Shown: positions 19,478 to 29,840, numbered from the stretch's first letter. The stretch: DNA of 64,000 nucleotides from a bacterium (GCA_965199855.1 OZ241326.1:416001-480000), one strand, 5' to 3'. Notes: a model not told the origin generated them from the sequence alone. Translations and numbers: made by a program.

Positions 19478-20641
19478 CTACAGGAATTTCGCCAGAACCT
19501 GGTTGGCCAGAAGCGTCCCCTTCTCCGAGAGGCGGAGACGGCCGCGCGCCCGCACCGCCAGGCCGGCGTCTTCCAGCTGCCGGAGGAGCTCCCCGAACGC
19601 CTCTTCGGGGTTCGCGCCGGACTCCCGCGCGATTCGATTCAGCGAGACGCCCTCCTTCATGCGGAGTCCGAGCATGAGCGCCTCGCCCATCGCCTTTCGA
19701 GGCGCGTCCACGCGCTCTTCTCCGGCGGTGGGGTCGCCGGCGTTCGCCGCGTAGACGTCCGGCCGGGCGTGGTTCCAGAAGCGCCTTCCGGCCATCAGCG
19801 AATGCGCGCCCGCGCCGACGCCCAGACAGTCTCCCCGCCGCCAGTAGTTCAGGTTGTGCCTGCACGCGAAGCCGGGCCTGGCGAAGTTGCTGATTTCGTA
19901 GCGCTCGTAGCCGGCGGCGGCCAGCGCCGAATCCCGCATCTCCCACATGCGAAGGGCCGTCTCCTCATCGGGTAGGCCGCCCAGCTCTCCGCGCGCCCGC
20001 TTCGCGTGAAACGCCGTGCCCGGCTCTATCGTGAGCTCATAGGCGGAGAGATGCTCGGGCGCGAGCCGGACGGCCTGCTCCACGTCCCGGGCGGCCGCCT
20101 CGGCCGTCTGATGCGGGATTCCGAACATGAGGTCGAGCGAGAGGTTGGAGAAGCCGGCGCGGCGCGCGGCGCGAACCGCCTCCCGGGCGTCGTCTCCGGT
20201 GTGGACCCGATCCAGCCTTTTCAGCGCGTCGTCGTCGAAGGTCTGAACGCCGACGCTGATCCGGTTGACGCCGGCTTCCCCGAGCGCGCCGAAGCGCTCC
20301 GCCTCCGCCGCGCCGGGGTTCGCCTCGATCGTGATTTCGCAGCCGGGAGACACCTCGAACAGCTCATGGATGAGGCGCAGGACGCGCCCCGTTTCCTCCG
20401 GCGGAAACAGCGAGGGCGTGCCTCCGCCGAAAAATATCGTGTCCACTTCGCGCCCCTCCAGGGAGAGGCGCTTCGCGCGGCCTCTCAGCTCCTCCGTCAG
20501 CGCGTCCGCGTAGCGGCGCGCCCAGTCGCCGCCCGCGCGGCCCTTCTCCGTCAGGGCGTCCAGGGCGTAGGAGTTGAAGTCGCAATATCCGCATTTGACG
20601 ATGCAGAAGGGAATGTGCGCGTAGAGGGAGAGGGGCTTCAT
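19478..20641 (-). CDS. hemW: Radical SAM heme chaperone HemW
   Basis: HIPFCIVKCGYCDF, FGGGTPS, YEISNFA, HNLNYW. Confidence 0.9.
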   Translation of the reverse strand: MKPLSLYAHIPFCIVKCGYCDFNSYALDALTEKGRAGGDWARRYADALTEELRGRAKRLSLEGREVDTIFFGGGTPSLFPPEETGRVLRLIHELFEVSPGCEITIEANPGAAEAERFGALGEAGVNRISVGVQTFDDDALKRLDRVHTGDDAREAVRAARRAGFSNLSLDLMFGIPHQTAEAAARDVEQAVRLAPEHLSAYELTIEPGTAFHAKRARGELGGLPDEETALRMWEMRDSALAAAGYERYEISNFARPGFACRHNLNYWRRGDCLGVGAGAHSLMAGRRFWNHARPDVYAANAGDPTAGEERVDAPRKAMGEALMLGLRMKEGVSLNRIARESGANPEEAFGELLRQLEDAGLAVRARGRLRLSEKGTLLANQVLAKFL

Positions 20642-20736
20642 GCCGCGGCCTTCCCGCTGAAGGGTTGATGGGCCTCAGAGCCTTTCCTGTATGATAGCCT
20701 CTCTTTCAATCGCTTTGCAGGCGGGGAGGCGCGGGG

Positions 20737-22299
20737 TTGGTCGTTCACACGCTGTCCATCGAGGAGAGGCTGCGCGTCATCCAGCGGGTGGGCCACGTGC
20801 TGAACTCGAGCCTGGACATGGAGGTCGTCCTCAGCCGCGTGGCGCGCGAGGCGAAGGCGATATTCCCGCTGGATCACTTCGTTCTGTATCTCCTGAATCC
20901 GGACGAGAAGACCTACACCATCCGCGCGCTCGCGTCGAGCGATGAAATCCTCGAGCCCCCCCGGGAGGACATCCCTCTCGAGGGCGGCGCGCTGGGCTGG
21001 CTCATCGAGCATCGGGAGAAGCCTTATGTGATTTACGAGGATCTGGACAGCGAGCGTCCCTTCGCCGAGGACGAGGCGGTCTTCCGGCGCGGGATGAGGA
21101 GCGGGATTCGCGCCCCGCTCGTCATCGGCGACGACGTTTTCGGCGAGGTCGCCGTGGCCAGCAGGATGCCCCGTCAGTTCACCGAGGAGATGGCCGGGTT
21201 TCTCTGCGAGCTCACGCCGGCCATCGCCACGGCCGTGGCGAACGCGCGGGCCTACGCCCGGCTCGAGGCCGCGAAGGACGATTTTCATCAGGAGGCGCTG
21301 CATCTTCGGGATCAGATCAAGGAAATCCACAACCCGGACGAGCTCATCGGCTCGAGCCGCGCCGTGGAGGACATACGGAGCCTGATCGCCCGCGTGGCGC
21401 CCACCGAGGCCACGGTGCTCATCCTCGGCGAGACGGGAACCGGAAAGGAGCTGGTCGCGCGCGGCATCCACCATCTGAGCGCGCGGCGCGACCGCGCGCT
21501 GGTGAAGGTGAACTGCGCCGCCCTCCAGGAGGGGCTGTTGCTGAGCGAATTGTTCGGCCACGAGAAGGGCGCGTTCACGGGGGCGGTGAGCAGAAAGCCG
21601 GGAAGGTTCGAGATCGCGCACAGAGGCACGATTTTTCTTGACGAGATCGGCGAAATCTCCCCCGAGGCGCAGGTGAAGATTCTCCGGGTCATGCAGGAGC
21701 GGGAGTTCGAGCGGGTCGGCGGCAACGAGACGCTGAAGGTGGACGCGAGAATCATCGCCGCGACGAACCGCGACCTGGGAAAGGAGGTGCGCCGGGGGCG
21801 GTTCCGCGACGATCTCTACTTTCGCCTGAACGTGATCCCCATCGAGACGCCGCCGCTCCGGGAGCGCAAGGAGGACATCCCTCGCCTGGTCGATTATTTC
21901 GTCAGCAAGCACGGCCCGCGCATGAACCGCCAGATCGCGTCCGTGGATCCGAAGGCGCTGGAGCGGCTCATGCGATACGACTGGCCCGGCAACGTCCGCG
22001 AGCTCGAAAACGTGGTGGAGCGCGGCCTCGTTCTGGGGCGCGGCCCGGTTCTCAGGTTCGACAGGCAGCTGCTGGGCGAGCCGCCGCCCTCGTCGAGAGA
22101 GGATGAGTTCGCCTCGCTCGAGGAATACGAGAGGCGCTACATCCTGCGGGTGCTGGCGCATACGAACGGCCTGGTTTCGGGCCCCCGCGGCGCCGCCCGC
22201 GTCCTGGGGCTGCGGCCCACGACGCTTCAGAGCCGGATGAAGAGGCTGGGCATCGAATCCCGCCGGGAGCACGGGCCGGCGATCCGGGGGACGCGATGA
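20737..22299 (+). CDS. Sigma-54-dependent activator with GAF domain (FhlA-like)
   Basis: N-terminal GAF, GETGTGKE, ELFGHEKGAFTGA, WPGNVREL, C-terminal GAARVLGLRPTTL. Confidence 0.92.
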   Translation: MVVHTLSIEERLRVIQRVGHVLNSSLDMEVVLSRVAREAKAIFPLDHFVLYLLNPDEKTYTIRALASSDEILEPPREDIPLEGGALGWLIEHREKPYVIYEDLDSERPFAEDEAVFRRGMRSGIRAPLVIGDDVFGEVAVASRMPRQFTEEMAGFLCELTPAIATAVANARAYARLEAAKDDFHQEALHLRDQIKEIHNPDELIGSSRAVEDIRSLIARVAPTEATVLILGETGTGKELVARGIHHLSARRDRALVKVNCAALQEGLLLSELFGHEKGAFTGAVSRKPGRFEIAHRGTIFLDEIGEISPEAQVKILRVMQEREFERVGGNETLKVDARIIAATNRDLGKEVRRGRFRDDLYFRLNVIPIETPPLRERKEDIPRLVDYFVSKHGPRMNRQIASVDPKALERLMRYDWPGNVRELENVVERGLVLGRGPVLRFDRQLLGEPPPSSREDEFASLEEYERRYILRVLAHTNGLVSGPRGAARVLGLRPTTLQSRMKRLGIESRREHGPAIRGTR

Positions 22300-22470
22300 G
22301 CCGCCCGCGCCCCCGCCTTTCACGATATGTTTTCTCTTTATGCGGGATAATGTATCTTCAACGCGCATTCCGCGCAATGGAGAAGATGCGGGGCTGAACC
22401 GGAAGGCCCGGAGCTTGCCCGTTGCGGGCGCGGATTCTTTGGGCGAATTCCCGAGAGGAGGCGAGAGGAG

Positions 22471-22854
22471 ATGAAGCTGGCATTCGATCACGTGCACTGC
22501 GTTCACGCCGACGTGGAGGCGGCGGCGCGCTTCTACGTCGACGTTCTGGGAGCGACCGAGACGAACCGCATCGAGCGCGGCGGGGCGCCGCAGGTCTATC
22601 TGGACGTTCACGGGGCGGGCGTCATCCTTCGCGGCAGGCGGGAGGGGGAGGAGCTCGCGGCGGCGCCCGGCGGCTGGCCGCGCTACGGCATCGATCACTA
22701 CGCCTTCCTCGTGGAGGGCAAGCTGGGAGACGCCCTCGCCGAGGTTCGCGCGCGGGGCGGGAAGGTCGTCGCCGAAGGCGAGGCGGAAGAGCTCTACTTC
22801 GCCTACCTGGAGGCGCCGGACGGCGTCGTCATCGAACTGATGGAAATGAAGTAA
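22471..22854 (+). CDS. VOC family protein
   Basis: FDHVH, FYVDVLG, GIDHYAF, APDGVVIELME; good RBS. Confidence 0.85.
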   Translation: MKLAFDHVHCVHADVEAAARFYVDVLGATETNRIERGGAPQVYLDVHGAGVILRGRREGEELAAAPGGWPRYGIDHYAFLVEGKLGDALAEVRARGGKVVAEGEAEELYFAYLEAPDGVVIELMEMK

Positions 22855-22882
22855 GAACTCGAGGGCGCGGGCGGCCGGGGAC

Positions 22883-23110
22883 GTGGGCCATGTTTCAGAG
22901 GATTTTTTCTCGGCCGTCATGGCGGGCGCTTTCGCGGGCGCTTTCGTCTTCGCCGCCTCGGGCGCGGCCGCCGGCCTGCTTCTGCTGGCCTTCAAGCGGG
23001 GCGCGGCCTTCAAGGTGCTGGCGGAGCAGTTCGCCCTCGCCTCGGCCCCGTTCTGGATCGTCCCGGGCCTTTGCGCGGGTTATTTCTTCAACCGCCTGGG
23101 CAGGGAATAG
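22883..23110 (+). CDS. Small membrane protein
   Basis: 75 aa with two hydrophobic segments. Confidence 0.45.
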   Translation: MGHVSEDFFSAVMAGAFAGAFVFAASGAAAGLLLLAFKRGAAFKVLAEQFALASAPFWIVPGLCAGYFFNRLGRE

Positions 23111-23363
23111 CATCGCCCCGGGAGTCCGGGCGCGTCCGGAAGATTCAACGCCCGCTTGGTGATCGCGCGCCGCCTTTTCCCGCAGGAATCTCCGGCGGCG
23201 ACGTTCCTCTCCTGAATCCAGTCGCTTTCGCCCACCGAAATATACGACAAATAGTAAATTAACGATATATCGCTTGTTTTATGCGTTCTTCACCCCCTCC
23301 TTTTCTTATCTGAATTCGCTCGCAAGCCTTTGTATGCCCACGGATTCACGATTTTTCATGTTT

Positions 23364-23379
23364 TGGCATGAGTTTTGCT
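23364..23379 (+). promoter_or_regulatory. Sigma-54 (-24/-12) promoter
   Basis: TGGCATGAGTTTTGCT = GG-N10-GC with consensus flanks, preceded by an AT-rich tract. Confidence 0.7.
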
Positions 23380-23439
23380 AAATATAATAGCGAATGTCGC
23401 ATCCCGACTCTCCCGAACGCGGGAGAAAGGAGGCATGAG

Positions 23440-23625
23440 ATGGAATTTCTCAAGGTGTCCGCCATGACGGCGCTTCCGGCGCTTCTCGCCTTCGCCGCGA
23501 TCTGGCGGTTTATGACCGTCAGCCTCGTCGCGCGTCCTCCGGCGGGGGCGGCGCGCGGGAGCGAAGCCGAGGCGGATTCGCCGGAAGCCCGCGCTGAGGC
23601 GACGGGACTCCGAAAAGCCGCCTGA
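23440..23625 (+). CDS. Small single-TM protein
   Basis: AAAGGAGG RBS, MEFLKVSAMTALPALLAFAAIWRF. Confidence 0.55.
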   Translation: MEFLKVSAMTALPALLAFAAIWRFMTVSLVARPPAGAARGSEAEADSPEARAEATGLRKAA

Positions 23626-23663
23626 GCGTCCACGCCATGAATTTGGAGAAACGGAGCGAAAGC

Positions 23664-24134
23664 ATGTATCAGCGAATCCTGATTCCCCTGGATGGCTCGG
23701 AGGAGGCGGAAGCCGCCGTGGACGAGGCGGCTCGCCTCTCGCCGAACCCGGAGATCGTCCACCTCCAGCTGGTGGAAAGCGGCGTCATGCAGTCGAGGCA
23801 GCTGGAGGGCTACGCGATGTATGCCGATCAGATCGACGACGCGAGGAAGCGCTCGGGCGAAGCCTATCTGCGGCCCCTGCGCCGGAAACTCGAGGCGCTG
23901 GGTCTGCGCGCTTCGATTTCGTCGTCGTCGGGCGATCCCCTTCTTCAGATCGCCGAGCAGGCGAAGGCGCTGGACGCCGACCTCATTCTCCTGAGCGGAG
24001 AGGAGGGCGGATGGTTCAGGCGGCGCGCGGGACTGGCGCGCCTCGCCCCGCTTCTGGCGAAAAAGGTGAAGGCCCGCCTCCTGCTGATTCGGGGGCCGGC
24101 GAGACCGCCCGAGGCTCTCGACAGAGCCGCGTAA
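23664..24134 (+). CDS. Universal stress protein
   Basis: MYQRILIPLDGS, GDP...I...A...ADLI. Confidence 0.8.
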   Translation: MYQRILIPLDGSEEAEAAVDEAARLSPNPEIVHLQLVESGVMQSRQLEGYAMYADQIDDARKRSGEAYLRPLRRKLEALGLRASISSSSGDPLLQIAEQAKALDADLILLSGEEGGWFRRRAGLARLAPLLAKKVKARLLLIRGPARPPEALDRAA

Positions 24135-24321
24135 AGGAAAAACCCGCCGTGGCCCAATTCCTGGGCCGCGCCCCACATGCCTCCCCCCTGGCGGCCCACG
24201 CTGTCCGGCACCGGGCCGCCAGGCGGGGAATCCTCACTTTCCCGAAGCCGCGCGCCGTTCCGCGTCCCTCCGGCGGGATGGTAGAATTCGCCTCGCCCAT
24301 GGAAGTCGCGGGGAGGGGCGG

Positions 24322-25218
24322 ATGAGAATCGGCATCCTGTGTCGGGACGCGAAGCTGCACGGCGTCCGGAGAATCTGCGAGGCCGCCAGGCGCAGGAAGC
24401 ACCGCGCGCGCGTTCTGGATCCCTATCGCTTTCTGCTCAAGCTGAACGAGGAGGGCGCCTCGCTCGAGTTCCGCGGCAGGCCCTTTTCGGGGGCGGACGT
24501 CTTTCTGCCGCGCTTGGGGGCGAACATCTCGGAGCACTCCCTCGCCCTGGTGCGGCACCTGGAGGCGGCCGGCGCCCTGGTCGTCAACGGCGCCGGGGCG
24601 ATCGAGACGGCGCGGGACAAGCTTCGCACCCTTCAGCTGCTGGCGCGAAGCGGCCTGCCGGCGCCGCGGACGGCCTTCGCGCCGGACCCGGCGTATCTGC
24701 CCGCCGCCCTCCGCAGCGTGGGCGGCGCGCCCGTCGTCATCAAGCTGCCCCGCGGCGCGCGGGGCGGGGGCGTGATGCGCGTCCGCGACCCCGAGGAGGC
24801 GCAGGCCGTCGCCGACGCGATGTGGAGCCTCCGGCGCGACGCCATCGTCCAGGAATACGTCGGGGAGGCCCGAAAGGGGGAGTTGAGAATCATCGTCATC
24901 GGCGGCGAGGTCGCCGCCGCCTTGCGGAGGCGCGCGCCCAGGGGCGGGTTTCGCGCGAACCTGCATCGCGGCGGCTCCGCGCGGCTGGCCTCTCCCTCCC
25001 GGGAATGCGCGGAACTCGCCGGAGACGCCGCGCGGCTGTGCGGCCTGGAGATCGCCGGCGTGGACTTGCTGGAGACCGGGCGGGGGCCTCTCGCGCTGGA
25101 GGTGAACGCCGCCCCCGGCTTCGAGGGCGTGGAGCGCGCCGGCGGCCCGGACGTGGCCTCCCTCATCGTCGATTACGTCGAGCGGCGCCGCGCGGCGCGG
25201 GAGAGGGGCGAGGCGTAG
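24322..25218 (+). CDS. RimK family ATP-grasp ligase
   Basis: ARDKLRTLQLL, FRANLHRGG, AGVDLL, LEVNAAPGFEG. Confidence 0.88.
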   Translation: MRIGILCRDAKLHGVRRICEAARRRKHRARVLDPYRFLLKLNEEGASLEFRGRPFSGADVFLPRLGANISEHSLALVRHLEAAGALVVNGAGAIETARDKLRTLQLLARSGLPAPRTAFAPDPAYLPAALRSVGGAPVVIKLPRGARGGGVMRVRDPEEAQAVADAMWSLRRDAIVQEYVGEARKGELRIIVIGGEVAAALRRRAPRGGFRANLHRGGSARLASPSRECAELAGDAARLCGLEIAGVDLLETGRGPLALEVNAAPGFEGVERAGGPDVASLIVDYVERRRAARERGEA

Positions 25219-25223
25219 TTCGT

Positions 25224-25253
25224 TTGCCGATGTTTTCGCGGCGGGTCTATAAT
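25224..25253 (+). promoter_or_regulatory. Putative sigma-70 promoter of proA
   Basis: TTGCCG-18 nt-TATAAT. Confidence 0.45.
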
Positions 25254-25278
25254 CTCCCGCCCGTCCCGAAGGGCCGAA

Positions 25279-26607
25279 GTGGAGAGATTCGACTTGAGCG
25301 AGATGGACGCCGTATGCCGGGCGGCGAGAGCCGCGGCCCTCGCGCTCGCGCCGCTGGACGATGGGGCGAGAAGCCGCGCGCTCTCCGCCATGGCGGACGC
25401 GATGGAGGCGGAGGCGCCGCGCATCCTGGAGGCGAACGCGGAGGACGCGGCCGCCGCCGCGCCGAGCGGAGAGATGTCCGCTCCCCTGCTCCGGCGCCTG
25501 GAGCTCGACGAGCGCAAAATCGCGCGGATGGCGGCGGGCGCGCGCGCGGTGGCCGCGCTGTCCGACCCCCTGGGCGTCGCGCGCATGGCCACCCTGCTTG
25601 ACGAGGGGCTTACGCTCAGGCGCGTCACGTGCCCTCTGGGCGTCGTCGCCGCCGTGTTCGAGTCGAGGCCCGACGCCCTGGCGCAAATCGCCTCGCTCTG
25701 CCTGAAGTCGGGAAACGCCGCCATCCTGAAGGGCGGCCGAGAGGCCGCGCGCACGAACCGCCTCCTCGCCGATCTGCTTCGGCGCGCGGCCGCCTCGGAG
25801 GGCGAGGTTCCGGCGGACGCCCTTCAGCTCATCGAGGCGCGCGAGGACGTGCAGGCGCTGCTCTCGCGCGATGACGCTGTCGACCTGCTCATCCCGCGCG
25901 GGAGCAACGAGTTCGTCCGCCGCGTCAAGGAGCGATCCAGCATTCCGGTGCTGGGCCACGCGGACGGGGTCTGCCATCTCTACGTGGACGAGGCGGCGGA
26001 GGTCGAAATGGCCGTTCGCCTCGCCGTGGACGCCAAGACGCAGTATCCCGCCGTCTGCAACGCGATAGAGACCCTCCTGGCGCACGAGAGGATAGCGCGG
26101 GCGTATCTCCCCCGGGTCTCCGCCGCGCTGGGAGAGAAGGGGGTCGTCATCCGGGGCTGCGAGGCGACGAGGGCGATTCTCGAGGACGCGCGGGCGGCGT
26201 CCCCGGAGGACTGGGACGCGGAATATCTCGACCTGGTTCTCTCCGTGCGGGTGGTGTCGTCCCTGGACGAGGCGATAGAGCACGTCAACCGGCACGGCTC
26301 GCGCCACACGGAGGCCATCGTCACCTCGGACGAGGCGGCGGCGCGCACGTTCTTCTCGCGGGTGGACGCCGCCAGCGTCATGTGGAACGCCTCGACGCGC
26401 CTGGCGGACGGCTTTCGCTACGGCTTCGGCGCGGAGGTGGGAATCGCCACCGACAAGATTCACGCGCGCGGCCCCGTGGGGCTCGAGGGCCTGGTGACGT
26501 ATAAGTACCAGCTCGCCGGAGAGGGCCACCTGGTCTCCGATTACGAGGGGCCCGGCGCGCGCGCGTTTCTCCACCGGCCGCTTCCCGTGAACGACGAAGC
26601 TCTCTAG
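25279..26607 (+). CDS. proA: Glutamate-5-semialdehyde dehydrogenase
   Basis: FESRP, KSGNAAILKGG, CNAIET, NASTRLADG, HARGPVGL. Confidence 0.94.
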   Translation: MERFDLSEMDAVCRAARAAALALAPLDDGARSRALSAMADAMEAEAPRILEANAEDAAAAAPSGEMSAPLLRRLELDERKIARMAAGARAVAALSDPLGVARMATLLDEGLTLRRVTCPLGVVAAVFESRPDALAQIASLCLKSGNAAILKGGREAARTNRLLADLLRRAAASEGEVPADALQLIEAREDVQALLSRDDAVDLLIPRGSNEFVRRVKERSSIPVLGHADGVCHLYVDEAAEVEMAVRLAVDAKTQYPAVCNAIETLLAHERIARAYLPRVSAALGEKGVVIRGCEATRAILEDARAASPEDWDAEYLDLVLSVRVVSSLDEAIEHVNRHGSRHTEAIVTSDEAAARTFFSRVDAASVMWNASTRLADGFRYGFGAEVGIATDKIHARGPVGLEGLVTYKYQLAGEGHLVSDYEGPGARAFLHRPLPVNDEAL

Positions 26608-26621
26608 GGACTTTTCCGCGT

Positions 26622-26948
26622 TTGGGCAAATGGCTCCTCGTTCTCCCGTTTCTCGCCCTGGGCGGCGCCCTCGTCGCTTTTTTGCTCTCCTTTCAAAGCC
26701 CGAAGCGGGAGGAGGCTCTCCTCACCCGGGGCGAGGGCGCGGCGGTCTATCGCCGGACGTGCGCCCGCTGCCACGGCGCGCGGGGCGAGGGGGTGGGCGG
26801 TCTCGGGCGGCCGCTGGCGGGCCGCGCGCTTCCCGTCGCCCTGATCAAGGAGATCGTCAAAAGGGGCAAGAACAGGATGCCCGCCCTTCCCCACCTCCGG
26901 GGCGAGGCGCTGGAGAACGTGGCGCGATACGTGAATCGGCTGCGCTGA
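26622..26948 (+). CDS. Membrane-anchored class I cytochrome c
   Basis: N-terminal TM, CARCH heme motif, distal MP. Confidence 0.8.
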   Translation: MGKWLLVLPFLALGGALVAFLLSFQSPKREEALLTRGEGAAVYRRTCARCHGARGEGVGGLGRPLAGRALPVALIKEIVKRGKNRMPALPHLRGEALENVARYVNRLR

Positions 26949-26979
26949 GCGCCGCGGCGGGCGCTCGTCCCGCCGGCGT

Positions 26980-27759
26980 CTAGCCTTCGCTCCGCTCCGC
27001 CGTTCGCGCCGCCAGGAAGAAGGCGGCGAGGGCGAAGGCGGCCATGACGAGAAGGGAGGTCCCCGCCTCCGGAAGGTCGGGGGCGGCGTCGGGCGCGCCC
27101 ATGTAGAGCGCTCGCCTCAGAGCCGCCACGCCGTAGGTGAGCGGATTGACCCGCATGACGAACCCGATGAGCGGATGCGCGCCCGAGGCCGGGAACACCG
27201 CGCCCGAGAGCAGCCACAGGGGGATGAGCAGCAGGTTCATGATGGAATGAAAGCCCTGGGTGGATTCGATGCGCCAGGCGAACGCAAGCCCCAGCGCGGT
27301 GAGCGCGAAGCCGATGAGCCCCATCACGAGAGCGGAGGCGAGCGCCGCCGCCGGGGTGAGGGGGACGCCCGCCAGGGGGGCGGCGGCGAGCAGGAGAACC
27401 CCCTGGAGGAGCGCCAGCGTGGCGCCGCCGAGCGTCTGGCCCAGCGCGATGGCGGCGCGCGGGGCGGGCGCGGCGAGCGCGCCCTGCAGAAAGTGCGCCT
27501 TGCGGTCGTCCACCACGGCGAAGGTGGAGAAAATGGCCGTGAACAGCACCACCATGGCGATGATGCCCGGATAGAAGTATTCCAGGTATCCCTCCCCGCC
27601 GCCCGGATAGCGGAAGCTGCGCCCGAAGCCGCTGCCCAGGAGCAGCCAGAACAGGACGGGCTGGCCGAGCGCGCCGATGACGCGGCTGCGCTGGCGCAGA
27701 AAGCGGACGATCTCGCGCTGCCAGATCGTTCCCGCGCAGAGGAGGAAGGAGGACGTCAT
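26980..27759 (-). CDS. ABC-2 type permease
   Basis: REIVRFLRQRSR, YFYPG, LSGAVFP, NPLTYGV. Confidence 0.85.
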   Translation of the reverse strand: MTSSFLLCAGTIWQREIVRFLRQRSRVIGALGQPVLFWLLLGSGFGRSFRYPGGGEGYLEYFYPGIIAMVVLFTAIFSTFAVVDDRKAHFLQGALAAPAPRAAIALGQTLGGATLALLQGVLLLAAAPLAGVPLTPAAALASALVMGLIGFALTALGLAFAWRIESTQGFHSIMNLLLIPLWLLSGAVFPASGAHPLIGFVMRVNPLTYGVAALRRALYMGAPDAAPDLPEAGTSLLVMAAFALAAFFLAARTAERSEG

Positions 27760-28724
27760 TTTTTCGCCCCCGCGCCGGAGAGGGCCGCGTCCGCGTCGAG
27801 GAGGCGCCTGCCCGTTTTCCGGATGAAGACGTCCTCGAGCGTGGGCTTGCCCAGAGCGATGGATTGGATCTCGCCGGGAAACGCCTCCGCGATTTTCGGG
27901 ATGGCCGCGTGGGCGCCGCGCGTCCCGGCGCGCAGGACGCCCCCCACGCTTTCGACGGCGCAGGAGAGCGCCTCCTCGAGCTTCGGGCGCAGGCGTTCGG
28001 GGTCCCGCGCTTCGATGGTCAGCACCTCGCCGCCCACCTCTTCCTTGAGCGCGTCGGGGGCGCCGATGGCCACCAGGACGCCCTCGTGGAGGACGCCCGC
28101 GCGGTCCGCGCGATCCGCCTCCTCGATGAAGTGGGTGGTGAGCGCGACCGTGGCGCCCGTCTCCTCCCGCAGTCTTCGCAGTTCGTCTCTGAAGTCGATT
28201 CTGGCCCCGGGGTCGAGTCCCGCGCCGGGCTCGTCCAGGAGCAGCACCTCGGGCCGGGGCAGAAGCGCCTTGGCGAGCTCCGCCCTGCGCTGGAGTCCGC
28301 CCGACAGGGTTTCGACCAGCTCCTTTTCCCGATCGCCCAGGCCGAACCGCGCCAGGAGTTCGGAGGCGGCGGCGCGCAGACGCCGCCCGCGCATTCCGTG
28401 GAGCCTTCCGTGGTGGATCAGGTTTTCGAGGACGGTGAGCTTCGGGTCGAGGCCCGGCTGCTGAAAGACGACGCCGATTTTCCTTCGCGCCTCGCGGGGC
28501 GCGTCGCGCACCGAGCGGCCGAGAACGCGGGCGTCGCCCGAGGAGGGGCGCATGAGCGTGGCGAGGATGCGGAACAAGGTGGTCTTGCCGCCGCCGTTGG
28601 GGCCCAGAAGCGCGAATATCTCGCCCCTCTCCACCTCGAAGCGCGCGTCCCTGAGCGCGACGCGCTCCCCGTAGCGGTGGGTGACGCCCTGAACGGCCAG
28701 GGCGGGGCCGGCGTCCGGCTTCAA
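27756..28724 (-). CDS. ABC transporter ATP-binding protein
   Basis: GPNGGGKTT, LSGGLQRR, LLLDEP, PTLEDVF. Confidence 0.9.
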   Translation of the reverse strand: MKPDAGPALAVQGVTHRYGERVALRDARFEVERGEIFALLGPNGGGKTTLFRILATLMRPSSGDARVLGRSVRDAPREARRKIGVVFQQPGLDPKLTVLENLIHHGRLHGMRGRRLRAAASELLARFGLGDREKELVETLSGGLQRRAELAKALLPRPEVLLLDEPGAGLDPGARIDFRDELRRLREETGATVALTTHFIEEADRADRAGVLHEGVLVAIGAPDALKEEVGGEVLTIEARDPERLRPKLEEALSCAVESVGGVLRAGTRGAHAAIPKIAEAFPGEIQSIALGKPTLEDVFIRKTGRRLLDADAALSGAGAKK

Positions 28725-29095
28725 CGCGGGGCGTCCTCATCGCCGCGCGAGAATTTTTGGCTGAAAAAATAATCCACGTTCAGCCAGATCGCCCGGGAAT
28801 GGCGAAACGAGAGCAGGGGAATCAGGACGCAGAGCCCGCCCCAGGCGATGAGCTGCGCCGTCAGCCCGGGGGCGATGAGCGCCTCGGCGAGAAAGTAGCC
28901 GCCCAGGCAGATGAATATGGTGATGGCGTAGTTGACGTAGATGGCGCCGACGAAGTAGCCCTGCTCGCGCTCGATGAGGTAGCCGCAGGCGGGGCATTTC
29001 CCGCGCATCCGGAAGGGGCCGGTGAACAGGGGTTCGGGACACCTCGGGCACGTAAGCCTGACCCCGCGCCCGAGGGCGCGCAGAAATTCTCTCAT
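28721..29095 (-). CDS. DUF983-like protein
   Basis: CPRC...CPACG, EREQGYFVGA, two TM segments. Confidence 0.7.
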   Translation of the reverse strand: MREFLRALGRGVRLTCPRCPEPLFTGPFRMRGKCPACGYLIEREQGYFVGAIYVNYAITIFICLGGYFLAEALIAPGLTAQLIAWGGLCVLIPLLSFRHSRAIWLNVDYFFSQKFSRGDEDAPR

Positions 29096-29517
29096 GGCCG
29101 GGGATAGACCACGTAGAGGAGCCAATAGACCATGACGCCGGTGAAGGAGACGTAGAGCCAGACGGGATACGTCCAGCGCGCGATGCGGCGGTGCCGCGCG
29201 AAGTCCCCCCGCCACGCCCTGTAGAGGGTGAGGATCGCCATGGGCGGCACGAAGGCGGCGAGGACGGAATGCGTGATGAGGATGAAGAAGTAGATGGGGC
29301 GAACCCAGTCCGGGCCGGCGAAGCCGACGGAGCCCGCGTGAAAGTGATACAGGAGATAGGAGGCGAGAAACAGCGTGGAGACGAGAAACGCGCCCGTCAT
29401 CAGACGCTTGTGGGCGCGGACGCGCCTCGCGCGGATTCGCCTGACGCCCAGGATGAGCAGGAACGCGCTCGCGGCGTTCAGCAGGGCGTTCAGCGTGGGG
29501 AGATCCCGGAGCGACAT
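29092..29517 (-). CDS. DUF420 family membrane protein (oxidase assembly associated)
   Basis: LPTLNALLNA, FLASYLLYH, YFFILITH, WLYVSFTGV. Confidence 0.85.
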   Translation of the reverse strand: MSLRDLPTLNALLNAASAFLLILGVRRIRARRVRAHKRLMTGAFLVSTLFLASYLLYHFHAGSVGFAGPDWVRPIYFFILITHSVLAAFVPPMAILTLYRAWRGDFARHRRIARWTYPVWLYVSFTGVMVYWLLYVVYPRP

Positions 29518-29543
29518 GGATTCTCGGGGCGCCCGGCGGCGGT

Positions 29544-29840
29544 CTAGAAGTCCGGCAGCACCATCAGCACGACGAACACGCACAGGATGAGCGGAATCAA
29601 CGCTATGAAGCCCAGGGCGATCTTCTCGAATTTCAGGTGCATGAAGTAGAGCGCCACGAGCGCCGCCTTTGCCAGCGCCATGAGGACGAGGAGCGCCCCC
29701 TTGAGCAGCTGCGGATAGGCGGGGCTCGCTTGGGGAATCCCCGCCAGCACCTCGAGTATCGTGAGCGCCAGCAGCCACCAGAAGATGGCCATGTAGTTCA
29801 CGTGATGATCCTGGTGCTCGGCGCGGCTTGCGCTGGCCAT
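29544..29840 (-). CDS. Cytochrome c oxidase subunit IV family
   Basis: LLALTILEV, KAALVALYFMHLKFE. Confidence 0.85.
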   Translation of the reverse strand: MASASRAEHQDHHVNYMAIFWWLLALTILEVLAGIPQASPAYPQLLKGALLVLMALAKAALVALYFMHLKFEKIALGFIALIPLILCVFVVLMVLPDF

